DNA of 40,000 nucleotides, taken from the NCBI GenBank assembly GCA_963783295.1, contig CAWAMX010000018.1, positions 95,675 through 135,674 on the forward strand. Reading direction: 5' to 3'. Under the pieces are notes generated by a model. The model was not told the DNA's origin. It saw only the letters and a list, made by a program, of their open reading frames with translations, and searched no databases. The DNA comes from an uncultured Chloroflexia bacterium. GTDB lineage: Bacteria > Chloroflexota > Anaerolineae > Anaerolineales > Villigracilaceae. The position numbers and the translations under genes are program-made. The first letter of the stretch is position 1. Every line of letters begins with the position of its first letter. Shown here piece by piece: positions 1-7,960 of this stretch.

Positions 1-173
1 CCACCGTTGCCTTGTTAGATTGGGCGAAGGAAAACAAAATCAAATGGAATATTTCCAAGAAGAAAGGGGTTGAGTGGTGGAACGGACGCGCTGAGTTCTA
101 TTTCTCCGACCCTGCAACCGAAAAGGACCCGACAAAGTTCAAGACTGAGCTTGCATTTCTGATTGCAGATTAA
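1..173 (+). CDS. 3' end of a CDS entering from upstream (partial); unknown function, possibly GyrI-like/SRPBCC ligand-binding fold
   Basis: Frame open from the window edge (codons phase from nt 3) to TAA 171-173. Tail reads ...WWNGRAEFYFSDPATEKDPTKFKTELAFLIAD. Fold assignment is from memory of family tails only. Confidence 0.4.
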   Translation, partial: TVALLDWAKENKIKWNISKKKGVEWWNGRAEFYFSDPATEKDPTKFKTELAFLIAD

Positions 174-246
174 CGCACAACATCGAATACTACGCTTACT
201 TATATCAAACAAACTTTAGAGTTAGATAGAAGAACGGAGAAACAAA

Positions 247-804
247 ATGAGAAAAATAATTTTCTTTATGTTGACATCGCTCGACGGCTTTTTCGAGGGA
301 ACAGGCAGGGGCATTAACTGGCATAATGTGGATGAAGAGTTCAATGAATTTGCGATTGAGCAGCTCGGCACTGTGGAGACTTTATTGTTTGGCAGAGTGA
401 CTTACGAAATGATGGCAAGTTATTGGCCAACACCCGCCGCCAAAACAAATGATCCGGTTGTCGCTGAAAAGATGAATACCACGCCCAAACTTGTATTTTC
501 AAAAACGCTTCAAAAAGGGGAATGGCAGAATACAAGGCTGATCAAAGACAACTTTGTAGAAGAAATGCAAAAGCTAAAAAAGCAATCCGGCAAGGACATG
601 ATCATTTTGGGAAGCTCCGATCTGGCGGTTACTTTTATTGATCATGGCTTGATCGATGAGTTTAGGGTCATGGTCAACCCGCTTATACTGGGAAATGGAA
701 AATCCTTGTTCAAAGGCATCCAGGGAAAACTTGATTTGAAACTTATCAAAACACGAGTATTCAAAAATGGAAATGTTTTACTATATTATGAGCCAAAGAG
801 GTAA
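247..804 (+). CDS. dihydrofolate reductase family protein (RibD C-terminal domain type)
   Basis: 185-aa ORF with ACGGAG SD upstream. N-terminus MRKIIFFMLTSLDGFFEG...LLFGRVTYEMMASYWP is typical of RibD_C/YyaP-like reductases. Confidence 0.85.
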   Translation: MRKIIFFMLTSLDGFFEGTGRGINWHNVDEEFNEFAIEQLGTVETLLFGRVTYEMMASYWPTPAAKTNDPVVAEKMNTTPKLVFSKTLQKGEWQNTRLIKDNFVEEMQKLKKQSGKDMIILGSSDLAVTFIDHGLIDEFRVMVNPLILGNGKSLFKGIQGKLDLKLIKTRVFKNGNVLLYYEPKR

Positions 805-1002
805 TGAATAATGACATAAGGTAATCAAAATACAAGTGACTTTCCGAAGCTATCCAAGCCTGCCCATCAGTCCCCCGCCTCTATAGGTATTCAACGGCTT
901 GAACAATTAACAAAATTCAGTGAGGAAGAGATCAAGCAGTTACATGGTATTGGACCGAATGCACTTGCCCAATTAAACCGCGCCTTGCGTGTGAAGGGAT
1001 AA
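804..1002 (+). pseudogene. small helix-hairpin-helix DNA-binding protein, frameshifted near its 5' end
   Basis: ATG 804 overlaps the upstream stop (TAATG) but hits TAA after 6 codons. The +1 frame is then open to TAA 1000-1002 and encodes ...FPKLSKPAHQSPASIGIQRLEQLTKFSEEEIKQLHGIGPNALAQLNRALRVKG (HhH GIGP motif). Removing one A at 818-819 restores a 66-aa ORF. Confidence 0.45.
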
Positions 1003-1031
1003 CATTCGCCCACAAGAAAGGAGAGATAATC

Positions 1032-1856
1032 ATGGCAAAGAAAAAAGTCAGCACAAAAGCAACAAACAAGAAAGTCAAAGGAAGTTACGCTTCTGTAAAT
1101 GGACTCAATCTATATTACGAGATCCATGGCAAAGGTGAACCGCTAATCCTGCTTCATGGCGGAGTTGGTGCAAGCGAAATGTTTGAAGCGGTTTCACCCA
1201 CCTTTGCAAAAGGCCGAAAAGTGATCACCGTTCATTTACAAGCCCATGGGCAGACAGCCGACATCGAGCGGCCACTCAGCTTCGAGTTAATGGCGGACGA
1301 TATCGCAGCACTAACAAAACACCTCAATCTGGAGCGCACCGACCTCTTGGGCTATTCGCTTGGCGGCGAAGTGGCGCTGCAAACCACAATCCGGCATCCA
1401 GAGTTGATCCGCAAACTTGTGCTCGTTTCCGCTGCGTTCAAACACGATGGGTTTTATCCAGAGGTGCTGGAAAGCTTCGCACATATGGGACCTGATGCTG
1501 CACAGTTCATGAGCCAATCACCTCTTGCCCAACTTTATCCAAACAAGGACTGGGCGGCGCTATTCACCAAACTTGGTCATCTGATGAGGCAAGACTTCGA
1601 TTGGTCGAAAGATGTCGCTAAAATCAAATCGCCTGTAATGCTGGTCTTCGCAGATGCAGATACTTATCGCACATCGCACATCATGGAATTTTTTGTGTTG
1701 CTAGGCGGTGGTCAGCGCGACGCTGGCTTGGATGGTTCTGGCCGACCGACAACACGGCTTGCCATTCTGCCGAACGCGACACACTATGATATTATTTCGT
1801 CGCCAACATTAGCATCTATCGTTACTGAATTTCTTGATGCTTCCTGGCCGCGTTAG
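1032..1856 (+). CDS. alpha/beta fold hydrolase
   Basis: 274-aa ORF with AAAGGAG SD. Contains HGG oxyanion motif (LILLHGGVGA) and nucleophile elbow GYSLGG. Confidence 0.9.
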   Translation: MAKKKVSTKATNKKVKGSYASVNGLNLYYEIHGKGEPLILLHGGVGASEMFEAVSPTFAKGRKVITVHLQAHGQTADIERPLSFELMADDIAALTKHLNLERTDLLGYSLGGEVALQTTIRHPELIRKLVLVSAAFKHDGFYPEVLESFAHMGPDAAQFMSQSPLAQLYPNKDWAALFTKLGHLMRQDFDWSKDVAKIKSPVMLVFADADTYRTSHIMEFFVLLGGGQRDAGLDGSGRPTTRLAILPNATHYDIISSPTLASIVTEFLDASWPR

Positions 1857-1972
1857 AATTGATGCGATGGGAATATCTAACGCCCTACAGTATCCAGATT
1901 AAGCTTTTAACAGCCCGATAGAATATAATATCATTCGTTGATGGAGTCTTTAACTTTAGAAAGGAGAAAAAT

Positions 1973-3085
1973 ATGAATGGAGTACGAGTATTGGTTGGCA
2001 CTCATAAGGGTGCATTTATTTTGACATCGGATGGAAAGCGCGAGAATTGGGACATCAGCGGGCCACACTTTGCAGGCTGGGAAATCTACCATATGAATGG
2101 ATCGCCCGCTGACCCAAATCGAATCTATGCATCGCAATCCAATGGCTGGTTTGGACAAGTGATTCAACGCTCGGATGATGGCGGCAAAACATGGCAACCT
2201 GTCGGTAATAAGTTTGCGTACGATGGCGTGCCCGGTACACATCTTTGGTACGATGGCACACAGCATCCTTGGGAATTCAAGCGCGTCTGGCAACTACAGC
2301 CATCGCTAACTGACCCGGACACAGTCTTCGCCGGGGTCGAAGACGCGGCGATGTTCCGCTCCACCGATGGCGGACAGACCTGGAACGAACTTCCCGGATT
2401 GCGTGAAGCGAAAGGAAATCTCTGGCAACCAGGTGCGGGTGGAATGTGCCTGCATACAATCATTCTCGACCCAAGCGCCCCCCAACGGATGTTCATCGCT
2501 ATCTCAGCCGCAGGCGCGTTCCGTACCGATGACGCTGGCAAGACATGGCGACCCATCAACCAAGGACTTAACTCCGGCGAACTTCCCGATGCAAGCGCGG
2601 AGGTCGGTCATTGCGTCCATAATATTGCAATGCATCCGTCGCGCCCAAACGTTTTATTTATGCAAAAGCATTGGGATGTGATGCGAAGCGATGATTCGGG
2701 CGCTTCATGGCATGAGGTCAGTGGCAATTTGCCGAGCGACTTCGGTTTCCCAATCGCCGTACACACACACGAACCAAACACAATTTATGTTGTGCCGATC
2801 AAGAGCGACGCGGAACATTATCCACCCGACGGAAAATTGCGTGTGTTTCGCAGTCGCACAGGCGGGAACGAATGGGAGCCGCTTACGAAGGGATTGCCGC
2901 AGAACGATTGCTACGTCAACATCCTGCGAAGTGCGCTGGCCATTGACACATACGATTCGTGCGGGATTTACTTCGGCACGACCGGCGGACAGGTTTACGC
3001 CTCAGCCGATTCGGGTGATAGCTGGAAGCCCATTGTCCGCGATCTCCCTGCAGTGCTGTCGGTTGAAGTTCAGACGCTACAATGA
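1973..3085 (+). CDS. BNR/Asp-box repeat beta-propeller protein (sialidase-like / glycosyl-hydrolase-like annotation class)
   Basis: 370-aa ORF with AAAGGAG SD. Repeated S-x-D-x-G-x-T-W type motifs ([41 protein letters not shown]). Confidence 0.7.
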   Translation: MNGVRVLVGTHKGAFILTSDGKRENWDISGPHFAGWEIYHMNGSPADPNRIYASQSNGWFGQVIQRSDDGGKTWQPVGNKFAYDGVPGTHLWYDGTQHPWEFKRVWQLQPSLTDPDTVFAGVEDAAMFRSTDGGQTWNELPGLREAKGNLWQPGAGGMCLHTIILDPSAPQRMFIAISAAGAFRTDDAGKTWRPINQGLNSGELPDASAEVGHCVHNIAMHPSRPNVLFMQKHWDVMRSDDSGASWHEVSGNLPSDFGFPIAVHTHEPNTIYVVPIKSDAEHYPPDGKLRVFRSRTGGNEWEPLTKGLPQNDCYVNILRSALAIDTYDSCGIYFGTTGGQVYASADSGDSWKPIVRDLPAVLSVEVQTLQ

Positions 3086-3378
3086 TTCGAGTCGTCCTGC
3101 CGCATCATCTGCGGACGCTGGCTCAAGCCGGCAAAGAAGTTGAACTTCAAATTGAAGGGCCGGTGACACTTGGCTCGGTTCTGGATACATTGGAGAATCA
3201 ATATCCGATGTTGAGCGGAACGATTCGCGACCACATAACAAAACAGCGCCGACCCTTTATTCGATTCTTTGCCTGCGGAGAAGATTGGTCACTTGAATCT
3301 CCGAACTTTCTGCTTCCCGACGCGGTCGTAATGGGACGAGAACCGTTTCGGATTGTAGGAGCCATGGCTGGCGGGTAG
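3082..3378 (+). CDS. MoaD/ThiS-family ubiquitin-like small protein with C-terminal GG
   Basis: 98-aa ORF. Its ATG overlaps the upstream TGA (ATGA at 3082-3085). Ends ...VGAMAGG, and length plus beta-grasp-like pattern are typical of sulfur-carrier proteins. Confidence 0.7.
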   Translation: MIRVVLPHHLRTLAQAGKEVELQIEGPVTLGSVLDTLENQYPMLSGTIRDHITKQRRPFIRFFACGEDWSLESPNFLLPDAVVMGREPFRIVGAMAGG

Positions 3379-3441
3379 GTTACCGCGAATTGTTTCTACG
3401 CTGCCATATATAGATTCACAGTCAATGAAGAGAGAAATATC

Positions 3442-4023
3442 ATGAGAAAAGTAATCGTATCCGAATATGTGACACTCGACGGTGTTATGGAAGATCCGGG
3501 TGGAGGCGACAAATCTAAATATGGTGGATGGAGCCGCCAATTCTGGAATGAACAGGCGATGAAGTTCAAGTATGATGAACTTTTTGCAAGCGATGCTCTT
3601 TTGTTAGGTCGAGTAACCTACGATGGTTTTGCAAAAGCATGGCCCACCATGAAAGACACCGGTGATTTTGGTGAGAGGATGAATAGCATCGCCAAATATG
3701 TTGTTTCAACCACGCTCAAAAGCGCCAAGTGGAATAATTCAACGATCATCAATAATAATGTTGGTGAAAAAATAAAAGCGCTCAAAGAACAACCCGGAAA
3801 AGATTTTTTAGTCGAGGGCAGTTCTGAGTTAGTTCACACGCTAATGCAATATGATCTCGTGGATGAATTTCGGTTGATGATCCATCCAATTGTAGTAGGA
3901 GGTGGAAAGCAGCTTTTGGGAGAAGGAATTGATCGCAAGGTTCTGACACTTGTGGAAACAAAAACTTTCAACTCTGGGATCGTTGTTCTCATCTATCAGC
4001 TCAATCAAAAAGAAATTAAGTGA
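3442..4023 (+). CDS. dihydrofolate reductase family protein (RibD C-terminal domain type), second copy
   Basis: 193-aa ORF; MRKVIVSEYVTLDGVMEDPGG...LLLGRVTYDGFAKAWP. Paralogous in pattern to 247..804. Confidence 0.85.
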   Translation: MRKVIVSEYVTLDGVMEDPGGGDKSKYGGWSRQFWNEQAMKFKYDELFASDALLLGRVTYDGFAKAWPTMKDTGDFGERMNSIAKYVVSTTLKSAKWNNSTIINNNVGEKIKALKEQPGKDFLVEGSSELVHTLMQYDLVDEFRLMIHPIVVGGGKQLLGEGIDRKVLTLVETKTFNSGIVVLIYQLNQKEIK

Positions 4024-4902
4024 ATGAAGATCCATCTTGTGGATGGCACGTATGAGTTATTCCGAAATTACTTCGGTGCGCCCCCAAAGCAGACTCCCGA
4101 TGGACGCGAGGTCGGTGCGACGCTCGGACTTTTAAGAAGCTTGCTGATGCTGTTGACAAGCCCTGACGTCACGCGTGTTGCGTGCGCCTTCGATCACGTG
4201 ATCAAATCCTTTCGCAATGATTTGTTCGCCGGATATAAAACAGGCGAAGGTGTTGACCCAAATCTTTTAGCACAGTTCCCGCTGGCAGAGGAGGTGGTTG
4301 CGGCGCTCGGAGTCGTTGTTTGGCCGATGGTGGAGTTCGAAGCAGATGATGCATTGGGGACTGCGACTGCACGTTTCAAAAAGAATAAATCCGTGGAACA
4401 GATCGTCATCTGCTCGCCGGATAAATATTTGGCACAGTTGGTATCCGGCGAACGAATTGTGTGTTGGGATCGTCGGCGCGAGATCGTGTTCGATGAAAAA
4501 GGTGTGATGGAAAAATTCGGTGTACGACCGCAATCCATACCTGATTGGCTAGCACTGGTCGGCGATTCTGCGGACGGCTATCCAGGTATTCCGGGCTGGG
4601 GAGCGAAATCGAGTTCAGCAGTGCTGGCGCACTTCGAGCATTTGGAGTCGATCCCAAACGATTCGGGCAAATGGAACTTGAAAGCGATCAGTCCGGGGCG
4701 CGCCGCAAGTTTAGCAGAAAGTCTGATGCAGCATCACGAAGAAGCCCTGCTCTATCGGAAGTTAGCCACATTGCGCAAGGATGTTCCGATGAAAGAAAAC
4801 CTCAGCGACTTGAAGTGGCAGGGCGCATATGATGAATTGAAAAAGATTTGTCATAAGTTGGGTGATGATAGAATCCCCCAGCGCATTTCGCGCTGGCGGT
4901 GA
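4024..4902 (+). CDS. 5'-3' exonuclease (FEN/ExoIX-like, PIN-like N-domain plus H3TH)
   Basis: 292-aa ORF starting directly after the upstream stop (TGAATG). Motifs FDH..SFRN, EFEADDALGT, GDSADGYPGIPGWG. Confidence 0.85.
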   Translation: MKIHLVDGTYELFRNYFGAPPKQTPDGREVGATLGLLRSLLMLLTSPDVTRVACAFDHVIKSFRNDLFAGYKTGEGVDPNLLAQFPLAEEVVAALGVVVWPMVEFEADDALGTATARFKKNKSVEQIVICSPDKYLAQLVSGERIVCWDRRREIVFDEKGVMEKFGVRPQSIPDWLALVGDSADGYPGIPGWGAKSSSAVLAHFEHLESIPNDSGKWNLKAISPGRAASLAESLMQHHEEALLYRKLATLRKDVPMKENLSDLKWQGAYDELKKICHKLGDDRIPQRISRWR

Positions 4903-4963
4903 TATAACCCTGTGACTTATGAATGAAAGATTACAAGATAGCCTTTTGCAGTAAATATACGGG

Positions 4964-5440
4964 TTAGTCTTTCTGGATGGTCTCTTGCATCTTTTGACGT
5001 TCTTGATCTAACACCTTAGCCAATTTACTGATGAAGTCCGATAGAAATTCTAATTCTTTCTCGGTATAACTTGAGAGAAGCTGATCTTGTGCTCTTCGTG
5101 CCGATGCAAATAGGGCAGCGAGTTTGGCTGCTTTTTCCTTGACAACAACAATCAATGTGCCGCGTCGATCCTCGGGATTGCGCCGGCGCTCGATAATACC
5201 ACTCCGCTCAAGTCGATCAAGCATCGCCGTCGTTGCTCCGGATGTGAGTCCAGTATGCTCAGCAAGCTCAGTAGGAGTCGATACTCCTTTCTGAAGGAGC
5301 AGCCCAAGACATTCCCAATCCGTGATGTTTACTCCCAGCTTTTCGACAACAGTGTTTCGAAGCAATACGTTGCTAAAGTTATAGTCTCTGACCGCCAGGA
5401 GGGCTTGTCTTACTAGTACCTTCTTGCTAACCGTTGACAT
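4964..5440 (-). CDS. MarR family transcriptional regulator
   Basis: 158-aa ORF. Winged-HTH stretch TPTELAEHTGLTSGATTAMLDRLERSGIIERRRNPEDRRGTLI. Confidence 0.9.
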   Translation of the reverse strand: MSTVSKKVLVRQALLAVRDYNFSNVLLRNTVVEKLGVNITDWECLGLLLQKGVSTPTELAEHTGLTSGATTAMLDRLERSGIIERRRNPEDRRGTLIVVVKEKAAKLAALFASARRAQDQLLSSYTEKELEFLSDFISKLAKVLDQERQKMQETIQKD

Positions 5441-5450
5441 ATTCTACCTC

Positions 5451-5492
5451 TTGACATTTTTGTTATAACATCTTATTATTCAAGTATCTTGA
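5451..5492 (+). promoter_or_regulatory. sigma70-type promoter for the DUF1801 gene with adjacent palindromic operator (candidate MarR site)
   Basis: TTGACA (5451-5456), 17-nt spacer, TATTAT (5474-5479). Immediately followed by the perfect inverted repeat TCAAG-tat-CTTGA (5480-5492) in the marR-divergent intergenic region. Confidence 0.5.
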
Positions 5493-5572
5493 TTATAAAG
5501 CATTAATTAGGATAACGCAAGGGCAACTTCGTTGTCCTTGACGCCAGAAACATTCGCCAGAAGGAGATTTCT

Positions 5573-6010
5573 ATGAGCCCAAAGAAAGAAACACAAAAGT
5601 CTACAGGATTTAGTGCCGAGGAAAAAGCCGCGGCGAAGGCCCGCGTCCAGGAGCTGAAGGCGGAAGCACAAAAGGCAAACGGGGAAAACGCCGTGCTGGC
5701 GGCGATCGCCGCAATGCAGGAACCGGATCGCACCATCGCCAAGCGGCTCCATGCGATCATCAAAACCAGCGCACCAACCCTCTCGCCGAAAACCTGGTAC
5801 GGGTTTCCCGCGTATGCCAACAAGGATGGCAAGGTCGTCTGTTTCTTCCAATACGCACAGAAGTTCAACACGCGGTATGCAGAGTTAGGCTTCAGCGACA
5901 CGGCAAACCTCGACGAAGGTGCCATGTGGCCAGTCGCTTACGCGCTGAAGGAGTTGACCGCCAAAGAAGAGGCAAAGATCATCGCGCTCGTGAAGAAAGC
6001 AGTGAGTTGA
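5573..6010 (+). CDS. DUF1801 (YdhG-like) domain protein
   Basis: 145-aa ORF with GAAGGAG SD. Pattern ...[38 protein letters not shown]... is typical of the YdhG-like family. Confidence 0.8.
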   Translation: MSPKKETQKSTGFSAEEKAAAKARVQELKAEAQKANGENAVLAAIAAMQEPDRTIAKRLHAIIKTSAPTLSPKTWYGFPAYANKDGKVVCFFQYAQKFNTRYAELGFSDTANLDEGAMWPVAYALKELTAKEEAKIIALVKKAVS

Positions 6011-6021
6011 AGAGCAGAGAA

Positions 6022-6576
6022 ATGTCGACAATCCATTTTGAAACTACACCACTTAAAATCCGCGACTGGACCATTCTTATGCTTCCCAAAAGCGCGAGTG
6101 CAAAGCTTCCCTCGCGTGGTATGACATTGGTCGAAGGTACTATAAATGGTTTCCGTTCTAAAATCGTTCTCGAACCGGATGGAAGGGGCAGTCACTGGTT
6201 TAAAGTCGACTCAGGGCTGCGTGAAGCCGCTGGAATAGATGCAGGCGGTAGGGTAACGATAGTAGTTGAGACATCTAAAGAGTGGCCCGAGCCCAAGGTG
6301 CCAGCGGATTTGAAAAAGGCACTAACATCCGACCCGAAGGCGAACGCCCTCTGGGTAAAAATCACACCGATGGCGCGCTGGGATTGGCTCCGCTGGATAG
6401 GCGCGACCAACAACCAGGAAACGCGCAGCCGGCACATCGAGGTAGCATTATCGAAGCTCAGAGCTGGTGAACGAAGGCCATGTTGCTTTAATCGTAACTT
6501 ATGCACCGAACCCGAGGTCTCGAAAAACGGAGTGCTCATAGAACCAACCAAACAACGAAGTCAAGACTTACAGTAA
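6022..6576 (+). CDS. DUF1905 plus YdeI/OmpD-associated family protein
   Basis: The ORF-track start at 5926 overlaps the previous gene. The internal ATG at 6022 (MSTIHFETTPLKIRDW...) sits just after the upstream stop. The C-terminal half ...DLKKALTSDPKANALWVKITPMARWDWLRWIGATNNQETRSRHIEVALSKL matches the YdeI pattern. Confidence 0.75.
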   Translation: MSTIHFETTPLKIRDWTILMLPKSASAKLPSRGMTLVEGTINGFRSKIVLEPDGRGSHWFKVDSGLREAAGIDAGGRVTIVVETSKEWPEPKVPADLKKALTSDPKANALWVKITPMARWDWLRWIGATNNQETRSRHIEVALSKLRAGERRPCCFNRNLCTEPEVSKNGVLIEPTKQRSQDLQ

Positions 6577-6611
6577 ATATTTAATGAATAGAAGAAAGCG
6601 GTGAGCTGAGC

Positions 6612-7025
6612 ATGAAAGCAACTACGAATACTTCCCTAAAAGAGAAATCCCCGTCTCAACAAATAGACGCCATCATCAAGGAACCGGGCGACTGGCGGGG
6701 CAAGAAATTGTCACAGCTGCGCGTTTTGATCAAGAAAGCCGACCCGACTGTAGTCGAAGAAGTGAAGTGGAAAAAGCCCTCCAAGCCATCGGGAGTCCCC
6801 GTTTGGTCTCATGATGGGATAATATGCATAGCGGATACCCTCAAGAATGCTGTGCGGCTGACATTCCCCAAGGGCGCTCAGGTGAAGGATCCGAAGAAGC
6901 TCTTCAATACGCGCCTGGAAAGCAACACGGTTCGCGCCATCGACTTCTTCGAAGGTGAGAAAGTAGAAGAGACGGCTCTGAAGGCGCTCATTCTCGAAGC
7001 CGTGAGGTTGAACATTTCAAAATAG
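6612..7025 (+). CDS. DUF1801 (YdhG-like) domain protein, second copy
   Basis: 137-aa ORF; ...DWRGKKLSQLRVLIKKADPTVVEEVKWKKPSKPSGVPVWSHDGIICIADTLKNAVRLTFPKGA... Confidence 0.8.
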   Translation: MKATTNTSLKEKSPSQQIDAIIKEPGDWRGKKLSQLRVLIKKADPTVVEEVKWKKPSKPSGVPVWSHDGIICIADTLKNAVRLTFPKGAQVKDPKKLFNTRLESNTVRAIDFFEGEKVEETALKALILEAVRLNISK

Positions 7026-7075
7026 TGCAAGCCATAAAACGAATTTATAACTAAGACAATAAAGGAGTAGACAGT

Positions 7076-7454
7076 ATGCAAACAGTCAACAAACTTATGA
7101 TGCTCGCCATTGGCGTCAGCGACATGCCGAAGGCAAAAGCTTTTTACGCGGACAAACTTGGTTTGAAAGTCACAACGGACTATCGCCAAGACGATGACCA
7201 CTGGTGGGTGTCTCTGACTCTCCCCGAAGGTGGAATCACTATTACCCTAACAACCTTTCACGAAAATGCGAAGTCTGGCACGATGACGCTGTGGTTTGCG
7301 ACCTCAGACCTTAGCGCAGCCCACAAAGCATTAGGCGACAAGGGAGTCAAAGTCAGTGAAATCGGAGACGACCTGCACGGCCCGGGGTCAGGCATAAAAT
7401 GGTTTAAACTTTAAGGACCCTGACGGCAATCTGCTCCACCTCGAACAAGGGTAA
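7076..7454 (+). CDS. VOC (glyoxalase/bleomycin-resistance) family protein, C-terminus displaced by a 1-nt frameshift
   Basis: AAGGAG SD. The 112-aa ORF stops at 7412-7414 (…GIKWFKL*), but the +1 frame continues FKDPDGNLLHLEQG* to TAA 7452-7454, the canonical VOC C-terminus. Deleting one A of AAA 7406-7408 restores it. Confidence 0.75.
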
Positions 7455-7480
7455 TATGACGATCGTTTTGCAACCCATTG

Positions 7481-7503
7481 GAGAAGCCGAAAGGCCTCTT
7501 TTT
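7481..7503 (+). terminator. weak candidate intrinsic terminator after the VOC gene
   Basis: GAGAAGCC-gaaa-GGCCTCTT imperfect stem (one A.C mismatch, one G.U) followed by TTTTT. Confidence 0.35.
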
Positions 7504-7528
7504 AGCGTGAGGTTCTTAGTGGTCTCCA

Positions 7529-7651
7529 ATTAGTTCACATTAGCAGATAAGAAGTACCCGTTAGTTGCTATTGAGTTCATGTTAGCTGCTAAGTAGTACC
7601 CGTAGTCGCTATTGGGTTCACGTTAGCTGCTAAGGTTCACGTTGCAATTCC
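7529..7651. repeat. degenerate 41-42-bp tandem repeat (about 2.5 units plus an extra half-site) carrying four copies of GTTCAYRTT(A)GC
   Basis: Units at 7529-7569, 7570-7610 and 7611-7634, then GTTCACGTTGCAATTCC at 7635-7651. Example alignment: ATTAGTTCACATTAGCAGATAAGAAGTACCCGTTAGTTGCT versus ATTGAGTTCATGTTAGCTGCTAAGTAGTACCCGTAGTCGCT. Confidence 0.7.
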
Positions 7652-7960
7652 TGCCTGTCAGCGCAAAACTCTTGAAGTCCATGAAAAAAAGTGGGCGATA
7701 CCATAGAGGTTTATTTAAGAGAAAGACCATAGCACCTTTTTCTTATAGGTAGTGCCGTAATGGGCAAGCGCCTTGTGATATCCGCAGGGAAAGGAATCAG
7801 CAGAGAAAAAGAGTGTACACCTTCACTAGGTTTCGACAGGTGGAACGGATTCGCGGTCGACACACTTCCATTTGTTTCAAGCATTTCTCTTCGTGTGGCT
7901 TCAAGTTTTTCCTGCTCCCAAGCAGAATCCACGACCGCCGCAGAGGAGTAACTCACACCT

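Noticed and set aside
2055-2681. Several 60-131-aa ORFs on both strands inside 1973..3085
   Set aside because: They are shadow frames of the BNR-repeat gene, which alone shows repeated Asp-box motifs and an SD.
5503-5925. 140-aa and 114-aa minus-strand ORFs
   Set aside because: They lie antisense to the well-supported DUF1801 gene and have low-complexity Ala/Ser/Phe composition typical of shadow frames.
5926-6021. Upstream extension of the YdeI-like ORF (start 5926)
   Set aside because: It overlaps the last 85 nt of the DUF1801 gene in another frame. The family-like sequence begins at ATG 6022.
7529-7651. Tandem repeats as a possible CRISPR array
   Set aside because: The units are contiguous with no unique spacers, are degenerate, and number only about 2.5 copies. 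No cas genes are nearby.
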